A stretch of DNA of 64,000 bases from the human T2T-CHM13v2.0 reference genome, Homo sapiens. Positions 32,231 through 48,826 of this stretch are shown piece after piece (position 1 is the first letter of the stretch; every line of letters starts with the position of its first letter). Both the position numbers and the translations under genes were made by a program. The notes under the pieces are model-generated. The model was not told where the DNA came from and made no database searches. It saw only the letters and a program-made list of their open reading frames with translations. The stretch is from the NCBI RefSeq assembly GCF_009914755.1, contig NC_060936.1; one strand, written 5' to 3'.

Positions 32231-33811
32231 GGTTTTCTCCCTCACCCAGACGCAGAACCTTTCCCTCCTCCTTGAGCTGTTTCCAGCTGCCTCACCAACG
32301 TCAAAAAACGCAAACACTGATTTGAGAGAATTACACTCGCTCTGTAAAAAGTCTGGCGAATGCAAAAGGCAAGGCTCTGCCATCTCTCAGGAGAGAAGTT
32401 ACAGGTACTTCAAGAAAAATCACACTACTGTTGTCAGGCATTCAGCTATCTATATGTTTATGGTTGAAAGCCCCCACATAAATGTTCCTACATTACTTTA
32501 CTTTGCTTATATTTACAAATACAAGGATAAGCAGCCTACATTTTCTTTAAAAATGTTTTCTACAGGAGGCAGCGCAGAAACATCTTTAAATAAGACCAGG
32601 GGTTAACCGCCTCTTGAGAGGTACAAAACCCTTGTTGATTTAACTCCACATACCTCGTGCATTTTATTATTTGAATTCATTAAAATGTCTGTTTTGAGAT
32701 GACATTATGCACTTTGGAAAACGAGAGACCTGAGGTGGTGACAAACCAGGACTTGGAATCACTGAATAGGACAATCGGAGCTTTATTCCAATGTTCTTTG
32801 AGCATTTGAGCATGAAGCTGCTTCTACTGAGAAGTACTCACGTGGATATCACATAACAAAGATGTGATTAATGACGGAAAAGCACCCTGCGAGTGGACTG
32901 CTCCATGAGCCAGAATTTATGTGTAGGAATAATCTAACTCTTCAAATATTCCATTTACAATGTGCCGGATTGGGACACTAGACCCTAAAGGCACTGTTTG
33001 TTGTGGGATATCCATGTGCACCCTGCCTAAAGCACGTTTTTCCACTAGCAAAAGAACTGATAAGCAGGTTTGGGTGGGTTCGAAAGATAATACACCCCTG
33101 TTACTACTTTTCTGCCTTTAAGTCCTGCAACTAAAGGCATTCCTTATGATTGGTAATCATTGAAGGTTAGTGTTGCGGGGTATGGCCCTGGGAACTTCTG
33201 GCCCATCTTTTATAGGAGGGAAAAAAAAAGCCCATTTGAAGATGGGAGGCACCCTAGCACCTCTGGCAGTAGTAGGTAAAGCCTGAAGGCCACAGATGGA
33301 GAAGCAACTTTGAGCCTGTGCCTCTGGCCTCTTGAAGACTTTGCTAGGGGAAGCAAATCTCTCCCACTGCTCCCTGTCCTCTGGTGGCCAGGAGGTGTTA
33401 CTGCAGCTTCCTTGGGATTATTTGTGCTCTACCAGGAAACCCCTAAAAATCTAACTGTAGACCTTTGTTGGAGGTGTTGGGATTTTTAGGAAGGAAGAAG
33501 AAGATAGTCCTTTTACTAGTGGTACAGAGCATGGATCTTGCCTGGAGGAAAGATTCATGAGAATTAATGGTATCCCCTTTGCATGCCAAAGTTCCAGTAA
33601 CCTTGCTTTAACTGACATGGCTTGAAACGTTTCTCCCCTTTCCTCAGTTACACAATTAAGTTTGTGTAATGTATGATGTGGTGCCATCATAGCTATCATA
33701 GAAGTCTCTCAGGGTATTTCATCTATTTCTGGAAACAAGACGTATATTAAAGCTCATTAAAAACGAAATCAATGATTGAGTGATGTACAATATTGGTTAA
33801 AAGAGTCAGGG

Positions 33812-34169
<358 letters not shown>

Positions 34170-34517
34170 TTATAAAGAGTTTTGACCTTATCCTTGAAGG
34201 ACAGTTCAGATTTAGTTTGCAGTGAAGAAGCCAGTGGAGGGAAGATTCCAGAGGGCAAATGGCAATGAGCCAAGACATGGAGGTGGAATGAATAATGAGT
34301 AAGGTGTATTCAAGTGACAGAAGAGTAAACCCAGTAGCAGTAGAAATCGGTATTTAGCAATTAGGTATGAGGTTAAATTTAAGAGATACAGAGGCACATT
34401 GTGGAGGTACTTGAATGTTAGAATAAATAGATTGTTACCTGCCCAGCAGGTGAAGGGGAAACCACTAAACAAGTTTACTTCACCGAAGAGTACATTTCTT
34501 TCTTTTACTAAGAAAGG

Positions 34518-36385
34518 TTTTCTACATACTAACAATAAATATGTGGAAACAGCCCTCTCCCTCTCCCGCTCCCGCTCCCGCTCCCTCTCTTTCCACGATC
34601 TCCCTCTGATGCCGAGCCGAAGCTGGACTATACTGCTGCCATCTCGGCTCACTGCAACCTCCCTGCCTGATTCTCCTGCCTTAGCCTGCTGAGTGCCTGC
34701 GATTGCAGGCACGCACCGCCACGCCTGACTGGTTTTCGTATTTTTTTGGTGGAGACGGGGTTTCGCTGTGTTGGCCGGGCTGGTCTCCAGCTCCTAACCG
34801 TGAGTGATCCGCCAGCCTCGGCCTCCTGAGGTGCCGGGATTGCAGACTGAGTCTGGTTCACTCAGTGCTCAATGGTGCCCAGGCTGGAGTGCAGTGGCGT
34901 GATCTCGGCTCGCTACAACCTCCACCTCCCAGCCGCCTGCCTTGGCCTCCCAAAGTGCTGAGAGTGCAGCCTCTGCCCGGCCGCCACCCCATCTGGGAAG
35001 TGAGGAGCGTCTCTGCCTGGCTGCCCATCGTCTGGGACGTGAGGAGCCCCTCTGCCTGGCTGCCCCATCTGGAAGTGAGGAGCGTCTCTGCCCGGCCGCC
35101 ATCCCATCTAGGAAGTGAGGAGCGCCTCTTCCCGGCTGCCATCCCATCTAGGAAGTGAGGAGCGTCTCTGCCCGGCCGCCCATCGTCTGAGATGTGGGGA
35201 GCGCCTCTGCCCCGCCGCCCCGTCTGGGAGGTGAGGAGCGTCTCTGCCCAGCCACCCCGTCTGAGAAGGGAGGAGACCCTCCGCCCGGCAGCCGCCCCGT
35301 CTGCGAAGTGAGGAGCCCCTCCGCCCGGCAGCCACCCCGTCTGGGAAGTGAGGAGCGTCTCCGCCCGGCAGCCACCCAGTCCGGGAAGGAGGTGGGGCTC
35401 AGCCCCCGCCAGGCCAGCCGCCCTGTCCGGGAGGGAGGTGGGGGGGTCAGCCCCCCGCCTGGCCAGCCACCCCGTCCGGGAGGTGAGGGGCGCCTCTGCC
35501 CGGCCGCCCCTACTGGGAAGTGAGGAGCCCCTCTGCCCGGCCACCACCCCGTCTGGGAGGTGTACCCAACAGCTCATTGAGAACGGGCCATGATGACAAT
35601 GGCGGTTTTGTGGAATGGAAAGGGGGGGAAGGTGGGGAAAAGATTGAGAAATCAGATGGTTGCCGTGTCTGTGTAGAAAGAAGTAGACATGGGAGACTTT
35701 TCATTTTGTTCTGTACTAAGAAAAATTCTTCTGCCTTGGGATCCTGTTGATCTGTGACCTTACCCCCAACCCTGTGCTCTCTGAAACATGTGCTGTGTCC
35801 ACTCAGGGTTAAATGGATTAAGGGCGGTGCAAGATGTGCTTTGTTAAACAGATGCTTGAAGGCAGCATGCTCGTTAAGAGTCATCACCACTCCTTAATCT
35901 CAAGTACCCAGTGACACAGACACTGCGGAAGGCCGCGGGGTCCTCTGCCTAGGAAAACCAGAGACCTTTGTTCACTTGTTTATCTGCTGACCTTCCCTCC
36001 ACTATTGTCCTGTGACCCTGCCAAATCCCCCTCTGCGAGAAACACCCAAGAATGATCAATAAAAAAAATAATAATAAAAAATAAAAAATAATAATAAAAA
36101 ATGTGGAAACAGAAATTAAAAACAGAACCATTTTACAATTGCTCCAAAGAACGTGAAATATTTACATATAAATCTAACAAAACATGTACAACATCTGTGT
36201 GATGAAAATTATAAAATGCTGATGAAAGAAATTAAAGAAGACAAATAATTGGAATGGCATACTATATTCATGGATTGGAAGAATCAATAAACATGTCATT
36301 TCTTCCCAAATTGATCTATAGAGTTAACGTAATTTTCATCAATATCCCAGCAAGGTTTTTTGTAGTCATAAGCAATCTTAAACTA
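34518..36385 (+). mobile_element. Old L1M ORF2 fragment interrupted by the SVA
   Basis: TTTCTACATACTAACAATAAA|...ATAAATCTAACAAAACATGTACAA...CATGGATTGGAAGA...CCCAAATTGATCTATAGA. Confidence 0.75.
34553..36100 (+). mobile_element. Full-length SVA retrotransposon
   Basis: CCCTCT/CCCGCT hexamers, antisense Alu-like region, GC-rich VNTR (~34970-35570), SINE-R, AATAAA and A-rich tail; TSD ATGTGGAAACAG at 34541-34552 and 36101-36112. Confidence 0.97.
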
Positions 36386-36689
36386 AAACAGTGTCCAACA
36401 CATCTAGAGGACTGAGTGAGTGCTAGACTCCCCCAAGACAGAGGAAGAGCACATACACTTAGGGCACCAGCAAGGCAGGGAGTCCAAGGTTTACAATCAG
36501 ATAATCTAGAAAGAAGCTATTTTTGCTTCAGTACATGTAAGTGTGTGGTTTAGTACTGTTTTTTAGTTAGAGTTAAATATGGGGAAGGAGCACCAAAATT
36601 GCTGGTTAGAATTAAATATGGGGGAGAAGCACCATAATCCTTAGTGTTTAGACCCTCTTAAGGTCTTACTTAATCCATCCCTGGCTGAA

Positions 36690-37180
36690 GTTTATTCATT
36701 GACAAACAGTGATTGAGTGCCTACTACCCTTATGTGCCAGGCACTGCACCTAGCTCTGGGAATATGGTTATAAATAAGATTACCTATCTCTCATGAAACT
36801 AACATTCAAGTGGAGAGAGAAGACAATAAGCCAATAAACAAAAACCACGGCCTGGACTGTGACAAGATGGACTACACAGGGAAAAAAAACTGGGTGAGGT
36901 GATAGTGAGTGACTTGGGGTAGGGGTGAAGGTGGTGGGGGAAGTTCAAATGAAGAGGGGACATTTGAACTGAGACCTTAAGGATGGCAACAGGGGAAGTG
37001 GTCAGGGTAGAGAAAACAGGTCACTCTAAGACCGTTCAGCAGAAACAGAGTGACTTGTAGAGAGTTGGTGTGTTCCCAGAGCCAAAGGAAGCCAGTGGGG
37101 CACAAAAGTATAAAACAAGGGTGGGCAGGAGCCAGATTATGTAGTACCTTATAGTGTATGGAGTTCAGATTCTATTCTGA
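36690..37180 (-). mobile_element. L2 remnant
   Basis: ATTCATTGACAAACAGTGATTGAGTGCCTACTA...TGTGCCAGGCACTG...GACATTTGAACTGAGACCT. Confidence 0.6.
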
Positions 37181-37269
37181 AAGATTTAAGCAGTTAGTAC
37201 ATGATCTGATTTATGAAGAGGACATTTGCAATTAAGTAAGCATAAAAGGTTGCGTTTTAGAGAGTTGGG

Positions 37270-37955
37270 TTTTTTTTCAAGCAGATAAAAGCCTGTTTTG
37301 TTTGAATGGTCTATGTAATTACTGAGGCCACTATGTATAGACAAGAAAGGAGGAGCTTTATCTCTCGGTCTCTTCCTCCTTGGACAACATCTTGATGATC
37401 TCCTCCTTCTTGGCCTGGAGGCACTCGTCATGAAGTTTGCACACTTCCTTAGTCTTAGGCCAGTGGGCCTCAGCCTGGTCCACCAGGAGCTTCTTGCGGG
37501 ACTTGTCTACCTTCAGCTTGTGGACAATTCCATGAGAATACGCTTGTTTTTGAACACAATCCCTTTCACCTTCTGGTACAGAGTGTAATACATGTGGCAA
37601 TCAGTCTTCTTAGATTCACAGTATCTTCTAAGAAGCTGGCACAGAATCCTCATTCTCCTTATCCAGGTTACCTTCCCTGGCCTTTGGGCATTGGCTGTAC
37701 CTTCTTGCTTACCTATGCCCAGGTGCCTGCCCTTCCGATGGTCCAAGGTTTTCTGGCATCAAGGAGCCTGGGAATGGACAGGCACAGGCTTGCGGATGAT
37801 CAGCCCATGTTTGATCAGCTTCTGGATTTGCTGATGGGAGTTAACATTGGTCTCTGGGAGCCAACCAGACCTTCTTTTTGCCACAGCAAAAGACATTAGA
37901 GGAAAACTTCCTCTGAAGCCTGAGCATATGCATGGCTTCAGCTGCAGCAGCAAAA
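37270..37955 (-). pseudogene. RPL19P: Processed pseudogene of ribosomal protein L19 (RPL19/eL19)
   Basis: Intronless; ATG at 37933, stop at 37358-37360; peptides [59 protein letters not shown] split across frames; RPL19-like UTRs and A-tract remnant at 37270-37277. Confidence 0.95.
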
Positions 37956-38069
37956 ACAGTTTTAATATTCTCTATTTTTTAGGTAATATAACAGCTCCCT
38001 TTTCCAATAGGAAGAGAGAGTTTTTGACAATTTTGTTAATCTCCAAGGATCCTTTGAATGTTCCTAAGT

Positions 38070-38870
<801 letters not shown>

Positions 38871-39367
38871 CTTCACATTAAAGTCTTGGCTATACTTCTG
38901 GGATAGTAGCTGCTACTGTTATCTTAGGGTTCATGACACTGAACAAATTACAGTTCTAGAAAGAAGCAAGTTCTGCCTCAGAGATGACACTATGTTGGAG
39001 GAGGGCAATATTTACAGCAAAGTAGGAAGGAACTTCTTGGAAGAAAAATGTTAACCTGCGTGATGTGAGAACTAGAAGATACCTAGGAAATTACCTGGTA
39101 CCATCTCACATTACATGTAAGAAAATGAAGGTCCAAAGAGGTTAAACGACTTGCCCAAGGTTGTATAGCTAGTTAGGGACTAAAAAGGAATTCCAAACAG
39201 GTCACCAACACTCAGCACAGCACTCTGTGCTCCCCATGGAAAGGTATACAAAGAAACTGGACTATTGAGCTTTAAAGTTTAATAGGAAATATGTGTTAAA
39301 TTTTATTCAACTCAATTACACAAGTGCATGCTCATTCCTAAGGAACTGGAAGGAAAGAGGGAAGTAA

Positions 39368-39717
<350 letters not shown>

Positions 39718-39995
39718 CTCTATATTATCAGTCTATATCTGATCTTTCTGCAGCAGATTTGTTAAACAGACTCAATAAGTTATAAAAACTAGACAATTTT
39801 TCACTTATCAATTTGGCAGTTATTTTAAAAACCGGTAATCCCACAGTTGAGTTAACAATATGGAGAAACAGACTTTCTCATTAGCACTGGTGAGAATATA
39901 AACAGGTATAACTCTTCTGGAGGGCAGTTTGGCAATATGCTTATGAAAGTCTTTAAAAATGCATACCCAACAATTCTACTTTACGAATTTATCTT

Positions 39996-40305
39996 GGCCG
40001 GGTGCGGTGGCTCACACTTGTAATCCCAGCACTTTGGGAGGCCAAGGCAGGTGGATCACGAGGTCAGGAGATCGAGACCAGCCTGGCCAACATGGTGAAA
40101 CCCTCTCTCTACTAAAAATACAAAAATTAGCCGGGAGTGGTGGCAGATGCCTATAATCCCAGCTACTCGGGAGGCTGAGGCAGGAGAATTGCTTGAACCC
40201 GGGAGGCAGAGGTTGCAGTGAGCCCAGTGAACCAAGATGGCTCCCCTGCACTACAGCCTGGGTGACAGAGCTAGAGCTAGACTCTGTCTCAAAAAAAAAA
40301 AAAAA
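39996..40305 (+). mobile_element. AluS
   Basis: TSD GAATTTATCTT. Confidence 0.9.
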
Positions 40306-40448
40306 GAATTTATCTTAAGGAAATGATAGTACTATTTTCAAAGACATGACTGAGGATATTAATCATAATAAATAATAGCTAGCATTTATTGAATATTACC
40401 TCATTTAATTCTCATAACTATTAATCTTCTCAGTTTACAGTTAACTTG

Positions 40449-41061
40449 CCAGTGGGACACAGTGGCTCACACCTGTAATCCCAGCACTTTGGGAGGCTAA
40501 GGCAGGCAGATCACTTGGGCTCAGGAGTTCGAGAACAGCCTGGGCAACGTAGCCAGGCCTCGTCTCTACAAAAAAACTTTAAAAAAATTAGCCAGGTGTG
40601 GCTGGGCATGGTGGTTCATACCTGTAAGGTAATCCCAGCACTTTGGGAGGCCGAGGAGGGTAGATCACCTGAGGTTGGGGGTTTGAGATCAGCCTGGGAG
40701 AAACCCTGTATCCACTAAAAAAATACAAAAAATTAACCAGGCATGGTGGCGCATGCCTGTAATCCCAGCTACTCGGGAGACTGAGGCAGGAGAATTGCTT
40801 GAACTCGGGAGGCAGAGGTTCAGTGAGCCGAGATCGTACCATTGCACTCCAGCCTGGGCAACAAAAGTGAAACTCTGTCTCAAAAAACAAACAAACAAAA
40901 CAAAAAAAAATTAGCCAGTTGGGGAGGCACATGCTTGTAGTCCCAGCTACTCAGAGACTGAGGCAGGAGGATCACTTGAGCCCAGGAAGTCAAGGCTGCA
41001 GTGAGCTGTGATTGTGCCACTGCACTCCAGGCTGGGCAACACAGTGAAACCCTGTCTAAAA
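40449..41061 (+). mobile_element. AluJ with nested AluS (40600-40909)
   Basis: Inner TSD AAAAAAATTAGCCAG. Confidence 0.85.
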
Positions 41062-41434
41062 TATCAAAGGATTTGGACTTTTTTCAAGGCAAGCAATGGA
41101 GGAGCCATTGAAAAATTTTTAAACAAGAAAGATCAGATTCACACTTTTCCATACAGAGAATGGTTAGGTGGGGCAGACGTAAAGCAAGACAGGAAACAAC
41201 TGTACGAGTTAGAGAACCAAATGGAAAAGAGAAGACAGATACAAGATGATAAGCTAGAATCAAAAGGACCTTGCGACCAATTAGACATGAGCTATTAAGG
41301 GGAAAAGCAGTGTCAAGGGTAACTCCCAGGTTTCTGAGCAAATGAGTGGATGGTGGTGCTGCTTATTTTGGGAAGAGAAAAGGTAAGAAATTGAATTTTA
41401 AGCATGTCAAGTTCAAGGGGCCTATGGAACCTCA

Positions 41435-42010
<576 letters not shown>

Positions 42011-42715
42011 TCAAGCAGGGCAAGAGTGTGTTTTTGGTGGGTTAATACCTCAGGGAAGTCCCCTAAGGTAAAGATGAAAATGTATTTCTTTGATTTAGCA
42101 ATAAATTGACTGGGGAGAGAGTGGTTTTTGCTGAAGGCAGTCTTGCAAAGGCAAGATTGCAATGAGCCGAAGAAGGAGTAAGAAGGAATAAAATGGAAAC
42201 TGTGAAATATAAACCACTGTTTCAAGAAGCTTGTTCAGAGAAGGAGAAAAGTCGGATAATCTTGTTAGAGGCAGATGTAGAATATTTAAACCCTACAAAA
42301 ATCCTAATGACTTGCCAAGCAGTCTAAGGTTTTGTTTTGTTTTAATAAAACAATTCATAACAAATAGGGATTAGACAAATGAGAAATGAGAATTTCTTAG
42401 TTGCAATCTCAGGAGAGATTTTTACTACTTACAGCCGAAACTTTATTTTCAGTATTAGATGGAACACACACTTACAGCTCTTGTCAGGGTATTTTGACAA
42501 GTCTTTTAATAAAAGTGAAGTAAAATATGAATAATAATAGAATTGTCATTTCTAACCTCAGGTGTATTTATCTTTTAAAAGGCTGAAAATTACTTTTATA
42601 ATTAAAAAAAATAGTGGTAGTAGGGAAAAAAGTAAATAAAAAGCTAAAAAGATTAGCAGTTGCTTATAATTTTTCTCAATTGTTGATTCACAACTCACCA
42701 AAAATTTAAATTTAA

Positions 42716-43025
<310 letters not shown>

Positions 43026-43166
43026 CCCTGTCTAATTTTTATTCTGCCTCCACAATTATCCTAAGGATTATGTCCAACTCTCACAAACTTCAGAATGAAA
43101 TTAAATCTAATTCAGTTTAGCAAGTAAAGGTCTTACAGCACCTTTACTAGAAAGTCTATGCAGAAA

Positions 43167-43483
43167 GGCCAGGTGTGATGGCACATGTGTGTAGGCCTAC
43201 CTACTCAGGAGGCTGAGGTGGAAGGACCACTTGAGGCCTGGAGTTCAAGACCAGGCTGGGCAACATAGTGAGACCTTTGTCTCTACCAAAAAAAATTGTT
43301 TTTTTTTAATTAGCTAGGCATGGTGGCATGCACCTATAGACCCAGCTACTGAGGAGGCTGAAGCAAGAGGATTGCTGGAGCCCAGGAGTTCCAGATTGCA
43401 GTGAGCTAAGATTGTGCCATAGCACTGTAGCCTGAGTGACAGAGAGAGACCCCATCTCCAAAGAAATAAATAAATAAATAAAT
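43167..43483 (+). mobile_element. AluJ
   Basis: Diverged dimer, AAAT tail. Confidence 0.85.
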
Positions 43484-43522
43484 AATCTGTGCAGGAATTG
43501 AAAAATTAAAGAATGGTAATAA

Positions 43523-43865
<343 letters not shown>

Positions 43866-43942
43866 GTATGAACCATTTCTTTAGGTGAGTTTTGCTTCTT
43901 TTTATCTGACCCTGAAGAAAATAATTGGAATGAATACAGTAA

Positions 43943-44272
<330 letters not shown>

Positions 44273-44648
44273 TAAATAATCTGTTTTTTAAAATTGCTGT
44301 TTTTGAAGGCCAGAGATTTTTTAATGTTTTTTTCATTTTCTGAGTAAACATATGTCTCAGTGTACTAAGTTTTTAAATTCACAGTGGCTTTCTGGACTAA
44401 CAGTGACAACATTCAGTCACAACATTCATGTTTATAAATGTAAACATTTACCTTAGGAACAGTCTTTAACCAGTAACTGAACCTCTTGTTCAATGTTGGT
44501 TAAACAGCAAGATGGGATATTCTGACCAAAAAGCAGAAAACCGATTTTAATTAAAAATACTTTTAAAGTTTATGTAGTCAATTTTCTATTGTCTTGACAC
44601 AAAAGATCTATACCTCTAGTTTAGGTCACTGAGTTTTAAGAATATCTC

Positions 44649-44950
44649 GGCTGGGCACAGTGGCTCATGCCTGTAATCCCAGCACTTTGGGAGGCTGAAG
44701 CAGGCAGATCGCAAGGTCAGGAGTTCAAGACCAGCCTGGCCAACATGGTGAAACCCCATCTCTACTAAAAATACAAAAATTAACTGGGTGTGGTGGTGGA
44801 TGCCTGTAATCCCAGCTACTCGAGAGGCTGAGGCAGGATAACTGCTTGAACCCAGGAGGCCAAGGTTACAGTGACCAAGATCACACCACTGTACTCCAGC
44901 CTGGGTGACAGAGTGAGGCTCCGTCTTGGGGAAAAAAAAAAAAAAAAAAA
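44649..44950 (+). mobile_element. AluS
   Basis: Dimer, A-tail. Confidence 0.9.
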
Positions 44951-45089
44951 TCTCAAACCACTATAGTGGTTTACTATATTTCTAGTTACTATAAAGAAAC
45001 TGGAAATGTAATGGATTTGAAAATAAACTATCATCACGTCAAATCAAATACACCACAGGCAGCTCTTTTGTACAAGGAATATTCTGGGC

Positions 45090-45610
45090 TTTTAACTCTC
45101 ATAACCCTCAAGAGTTAGATATTATTATTTTGTATTTTACAGTGGAGGAAACTGAGGCTGAGAAAAGTTAAAGAGTTTGCTCAAAGACAAATAGCTAGTA
45201 GCAAGTTAGGACTCGAACCCAAGTTTTCCCAAAAGGAGCTTTTGTTGAGAAGATAAACAAAAATACAAATATAAGTTACCACCAACAAAAATTACCACAA
45301 ACTTAGTTAAAAATAACATTATAGGAAATGCCACTATATTAGAAAGCACTTCTGTGATTACTGGTAAAACGTATCATTCAGATATGAGCTACAAAAGTTA
45401 GAAAAAATGAGAACTTGCTGACCTGGGGCAGAAGATTCAGCCGGCAACAAATTCCAGCTTCACCACACACTGGCTGTGTGGCTTGAGGGAAACATAGTCT
45501 CCTCATCTGCAAAATGAAGATAACATCAACCTTCCAGAGTTATTGTGAGGGTTACATGAAGTACCAAGTAAAGCTCCAAGTAGAGGGCCTAGCACACATA
45601 GTAAACACTA
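45090..45610. mobile_element. MIR remnants (45090-45230 minus; 45440-45610 plus)
   Basis: TTTTACAGTGGAGGAAACTGAGGCT and CTCCTCATCTGCAAAATGAAGATAA cores. Confidence 0.65.
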
Positions 45611-45985
45611 CATACTGACTCCTTCCTTCTTAGGAAAGGCTCTCCTTGGGTCTAAGACCTTGAACAATAGATTGAGTTGGGATATTGAAAGAGAATGGGG
45701 AAGCTCATTTCAGGAAGAAAAAAGAAGCAGAAGTCAGAGATACAGCAGGAAAAATTGGGTTTAAAATAGTTTACCTGATGCAGAACATTTAAATTTAAGG
45801 GTATATAATAAGCCTGGAAAGCAGTTTGGGCCAAATTACATCAGGCCTCAGTCAAAGATTTTAGACTTTATATTATAAGTAGCAGGGAATGACGGAGAGT
45901 TTGGTTCCTTTGTTTACATTATGCTTTATTGACCTTATGTTTTATTATAAAGCAATACATGTTCATTGTAGAAAGTCTGTAAATT

Positions 45986-46239
45986 GGCCGGGCGCAGTGG
46001 CTCATGCCTGTAATCCCAGCACTTTGGGAGGCAGAGGTGGGCAGATCACTTGAGGCTAGGAGTTTCAGACCAGCTTGGCTAAAATGGCGAAACCCTGTCT
46101 CTACTTTAAAAAATTAAAATTTAGCCGGGCGTGGTGGCGCAGGCCAAGATTGTGCCACTGCACTCCAGCCTGGGCAACAGAGCAAGAGACTCTGTCACAA
46201 CAACAACAAAAAAAAAAAAAAGAAAAAAGAAAAAAAAAA
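45986..46239 (+). mobile_element. AluS with large right-monomer deletion
   Basis: GTGGTGGCGC joins AGGCCAAGATTG; TSD TCTGTAAATT. Confidence 0.85.
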
Positions 46240-47928
46240 TCTGTAAATTACAGAGAAGTGTGAAGAAAAATATACAAAACACCTTATTCAATAGTTACCT
46301 TGAGAGATAAATTTTTTTATTGTTTTATCCTTTGGTGGAATTTTTTTTCTTTTTTCAGTAGCTTTACTGAGGCATAATTGACAAATAGAAATTATATAAT
46401 TCAAAGCATACAGTACGAATATTTGATATACATATACATTGTGAAATGATTACCACAATCAAATTAATTAACACATCTTTCCCCACACACAGTTACTATT
46501 TTCCTTTGGTAGTATTTTGATTGAGTTTTTTTTTTCCACGTACATTTGTTATTTTAATACTAATAATAAAATGTATAAGTACATGGAAAACATTAAACAC
46601 ATTTACATAACTGTTCTTTTTATAAGAAGATTTGCCTCTCAAAAAAGGATTTGCATATTTGAGATGGTCAGATGGCCAGTGAGAGTTCCCCAAGGCTAGA
46701 ACCACACATTTTATAGGGTACAATGGTTGCTAATCTTTATATGCATCTTGGCCTATCATTTCAACATATCGTTGTAACACATTTTTCTTTTACTTTTAAT
46801 ATAGCTAAATTATTTAATTTCTTTAAAAAATATTGCTATCATAACACTCTCCAAAGATTACCTCTGGGGACATTTGGGTGTATCTTTTTCAGTTTGAAGG
46901 TTTGAACTTGAAGATAGATGGAATAAAAGTGGGACTTTAGGTGGCTTACTCTGACCAAAGCAAATTAGAAAGATGCGAGGAAGGAGATTATAGAACAAGG
47001 AAGACCATATTGGGCTATGGTAGCAATTCAGGCATAGGTCAATAGGTCAAAAACGGGCAAGACTGGTACAGTGACAATGGACATGGAAAGAAAGCAACAA
47101 ACACAAGTAACAATACAGAGGGAGAATTGACAGGACTTGGTGACTCACGAGCTATGGAGGGTGAAGGAGATGAGTAATGAAAGATGATGCTAAGGTGTCA
47201 CCTTTGGCAATTTATATAAATTTCAATTTCCTCATCTATAAAATGGGGTTAACAATTGTACCTTCCTCATAGGGTTATTGGGAGGATTAAATGGATGACA
47301 TCTAAAATGCTTAGCACAAAAACAGGAATGCATTCTTAGCCAATAGTGGCTGTCATAGTTTTTATAGATGTTGAATCTACATGGCTGGGTTTAAGAATAA
47401 TGAAATTCTTAAATAGGAAAGTCAGGAGAAAGGTCTGATTGAGGTAGAGAGGTAGAGTTGAGCTATAGTTTAGACATGTCAGATTTAGGTTTATGGTGGA
47501 CAGTTGATTAAAAATGTTCAGCAAGAAGCCACCACTGGCAGTGATGTTTGACAGTGGGTACATTTTAGGAAGACTTCATGTTCATGAGAAGCAGATACCT
47601 GGAGGGTGGATACCGCTGCACAATGTCCACATGTCTGCCCGTAACCTCCACTTAACGATCAGAAATTACCTGATCTAATAAGCAATCTCTACATATCGTA
47701 CACTTCCCGGCTGAGTGGCTCTGGTAGGACAGATACCAAAGTAGTGAAGCATTTAAAGGTTTTGGAACCAGACAGATCTGTTTGAATCCCGACTCTTCCA
47801 TTTACTGTTGTCTAATTGCAGGAAAAATAATTTTCTTAGCTTCACGTTTTCTTATTTACAAAATGGAGTAATAAAAATTTCTACCTCATAGCATTGATGG
47901 GAGAATTAAATGAGACTATTTAAAATAA

Positions 47929-48559
<631 letters not shown>

Positions 48560-48826
48560 ATAAATACCAAGTATTGCTATTAATCATGTCTCTCCTTGAG
48601 GTTAATAGTTCGTTTATATTTCCTCTCCATTCTTTACGGTGTCAAACATGAGAGGCACTCTCTGCTAACTGCTGATCACTGTGCCTCCACAACTTTGGTT
48701 TTCAGCCTCTCCCCATGGCTCAGTTCTTTTTGGAACTTTGTAACTCATAGTTTCGTGAAATTCCAGAATGCCAAACAGCATCTTTGGAGGAAGATGGTCT
48801 GTTAGTCTTTGTTTGGAGAGAACTTC

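Noticed and set aside
30811-32606. Long overlapping ORFs (up to 233 aa) in the CpG island
   Set aside because: Low-complexity R/P/G/A ORFs in many frames on both strands, mostly non-ATG starts; expected from stop-codon scarcity in GC-rich DNA.
34212-36131. ORFs of 60-239 aa across the SVA
   Set aside because: SVA is non-coding; these are VNTR- and SINE-R-derived open frames.
37358-37953. Functional RPL19 paralog
   Set aside because: Coding sequence is broken over several frames by indels and has many substitutions.
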